Shown: one piece after another, positions 29,814 to 32,000 of the stretch
Layout of the letters: every line of letters begins with the position of its first letter
How positions within the stretch are numbered: the stretch's first letter is position 1
Assembly (NCBI GenBank): GCA_002794465.1
Contig: MTSL01000105.1
Location: forward strand, 1 to 32,000
From: Paramicrosporidium saccamoebae KSL3
Lineage: Eukaryota; Fungi; Cryptomycota
Reading direction: 5' to 3'
DNA length: 32,000 nucleotides
Notes under the pieces: model-generated
The model's input: only the letters and a program-made list of their open reading frames with translations
Told to the model about the DNA's origin: nothing
Database searches by the model: none
Made by a program: the position numbers and the translations under genes

Positions 29814-30894
29814 TTAATGCTCTAATGACACTTCAAAGCCAATGGAGGGAGACCCCAGAGAGGGAATTAGAGTGGGAACACTCTCAATCCCAGTGGGTTT
29901 GCTCCAAATAGGGCCCGAAGCTAAACCAACCCTTACATTTACACCACCCAACTTGCCTCCAATGCCCATTGCAATCCCGTGTCGCCAGGATGCCCGCAGA
30001 CGGAGTTGCTGGTATTTCTCTGGCGCATACACTAAACCGGCGGCCAAGTCGGCATCAAAACTGTGCACATTAACGTCGTAGCGGATAGATGCAGTGACGG
30101 CACGACGGATGGGAGAAGTGAGGGTCATTTGTAAGTGTCCCATAAGAGGATTCATCAAAAATGTCGCTACCATAGGTGCCATTCTTGGTTTATGGATCAA
30201 TGGCGACGTAACAACCGGCTCTTCAGGCAACGCGCCACTTGCTTCTGAGATCGGTATAGCCGATGGAATGGGTTGGTCCTGTTTCATAAGCAGCCATCGT
30301 GCACCCAGTGATAATCCGCCGCTATTCTCGGCACCCGTGTAGTATAGGTCACTACCAAGACGTAGATTCTCCGAGACGGCATAGAGATATTGACAACCAG
30401 CAATGCTACCGGTCGTTGTATAACATAATGCCAGGCTGTTATTCTCCGTCTGCCGAGACATGGACAGCTTGAGCTGTGAGCCCGAAGCTGGTGGTCTTGT
30501 AATGCTGGTGGCCACTGTAAAAGTCCAAGGGGGACCCAAACGCTTGACGAGTATAGCCTCTAGACTGCCAGTATCCAGCCATAATCGTCCAAGGGATAGT
30601 GAATTTGACGAACGATATAGTGTCCGCAATGATATACGACGGGTAGGAAGTTCCAGGGAAATGCTCCGCTCAAACTGCGCAGAAAGCCGACGGGAAATTG
30701 AAGATGTCGCACTGGAGGGTAGGACAAAGTCAATGATACCTATGATGAACAACGCGGACTGATAGAGTAGTACGATGTGATTCATGAACGAGGTCGGCGT
30801 AGGTTGGAATTATAGTCGAATCTAAAATGGACTTTAAGAAGGATTGACATTTCGCAGCTGCCCAATCCAGCCCAAAATCCTCAAAGTCGTCCAT
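29814..30894 (-). CDS. MDM10: Mitochondrial outer membrane beta-barrel Mdm10 (ERMES/SAM); exons 30894-30774 and 30739-29814 (348 aa)
   Basis: A 34-nt intron joins TYADLVHES to IIDFVLPS. Motifs GRLWLDTGSLEA, GSDLYYTGAENSGGLSLGAR, MNPLMGHL, RYDVNVHSFDADL. Confidence 0.85.
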
Positions 30895-31105
30895 CTACGA
30901 GTTATCTCAATATCTTTAAACTTGTGCAACTCGAGACCCACTTATACAGGCTCGTTATTATAGTCCACCACAGGTACTAGGGACCTGTTAATGTTTAAAA
31001 GTTACTATGAGGCAGTATCTGCCTATAATTAGTGGTCCCAATCCAGATGGACATTCACAAGTCAGATCTGTTTGAATGAGGGGGACTGCTCATCAATTTA
31101 TAATA

Positions 31106-31222
31106 TTGTGACGTAGAGGGTTGATTAGTTGGGTATTGGTGTGCTAGGGTGGATCGCTTTGCTGGGTATTTGAGGGCAGTGAGATTTGTATCCATACAAT
31201 TCTAGGATTAGCAGTGAACAAA
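31106..31222 (+). repeat. Dispersed intergenic repeat, copy 2 (inverted relative to copy 1)
   Basis: About 95% identical to the reverse complement of 1-110; the last 52 nt are identical. Confidence 0.9.
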
Positions 31223-31342
31223 CCCCTCTTCCCCGCTTGACAGTCCATACTATTTATCCCCACTACGCGACACGCTGATCAAACAAAACTTTTAATCCGT
31301 AGATAAACGCCCGCTCGTTCTTTTGCATATGACAAGTTTATT

Positions 31343-31849
31343 TTATTGCTCCATCTGATCTTCGATAGCCATAGACTCCATCTTGGATGCATTTTCAGCC
31401 TCTGTGGACTCTTCTTTATTACCCAAAGTCTCTTCAAAGAACTTTAGGATCTCAGTCCGTTGATGTTTATGGGCTTCACAGATGGGCGTCCGCTCGGCTT
31501 TATTCTCCACGGCCACTTTTGCGCCCGCAGCCATCAAGAACATGACCGTCTCCAGCTGTCCGGAGACACAGGCCCAGTGCAGGGCCGTATTGCCCTCGGC
31601 GTTTTGTACATCCAGGGCCGATGGAAGGTGCTGGACAAAAAGCTTGGCGCAAGGGAGATAACCGTTTGCGGCGAACATGTGTAACATGGTATTACCCCGA
31701 GAGTCCTGGGAGGCCAAACGTTCAGAGAGCCCTTGGACAACCAATTCTGAAACGAGCGCCGGTTCTCCGTATCGGGCAAATTCTACAAGCTGCTCGGCCG
31801 ACAATCTTTCAACGTAGATCTCCTCGTATTCATCCTCGTTTTGGGTCAT
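31343..31849 (-). CDS. YAR1: Ankyrin-repeat protein, Yar1-like (Rps3 chaperone)
   Basis: ARYGE, GNTMLHMFAANG, NAEGNTALHWACVSGQLETV, ENKAERTPICEA; small size and acidic termini. Confidence 0.75.
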   Translation of the reverse strand: MTQNEDEYEEIYVERLSAEQLVEFARYGEPALVSELVVQGLSERLASQDSRGNTMLHMFAANGYLPCAKLFVQHLPSALDVQNAEGNTALHWACVSGQLETVMFLMAAGAKVAVENKAERTPICEAHKHQRTEILKFFEETLGNKEESTEAENASKMESMAIEDQMEQ

Positions 31850-32000
31850 TTTCGTGATTGGAGCCCTGGTCGAATATGTAGAATTTGGGGGCTGATCAGT
31901 GATTTGACGTATTGTTTCTTATTGACTAATCAATATAAAGGGAGGCCTAGATGGCATTAATTGTGGGAATGCTCTCTTCACTGCTTGGATTCTTGCTGTT

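Noticed and set aside
1-32000. tRNA or rRNA genes, transposase or reverse transcriptase ORFs
   Set aside because: No cloverleaf with A/B boxes, rRNA signature or TE catalytic motifs recognised by eye; tRNAscan and RepeatMasker were not run.

Overview
Very compact eukaryotic nuclear DNA with about 23 protein genes. Intergenic gaps between core genes are often under 100 bp, and I could assemble 13 GT-AG mini-introns of 28-35 nt by hand. The window combines fungal-type genes (Mdm10, Lro1/PDAT, Gvp36-like BAR, YML020W-like, Yar1) with genes absent from budding and fission yeast (SLBP, SNAPC3, MCMDC2). This suggests an early-diverging fungal relative with a real mitochondrion, such as a Rozellomycota or short-branch microsporidian parasite like Paramicrosporidium; that assignment is inference and unverified. 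RNA genes: a clear U2 snRNA (4782-~4962) and an H/ACA RNA with the snR30/U17 signature (~16610-16834). Accessory content: a gene-sparse island of six tandem small signal-peptide proteins (20.4-24.5 kb), four ending in a Cys-at-minus-4 CaaX-like motif; an orphan signal-peptide plus NLS protein; a dispersed ~120-bp hairpin-forming repeat (window start, 31.1 kb, decayed copy at 4.4 kb); and several locus-specific minisatellites. All product names come from motif recognition by eye; no database searches were run.
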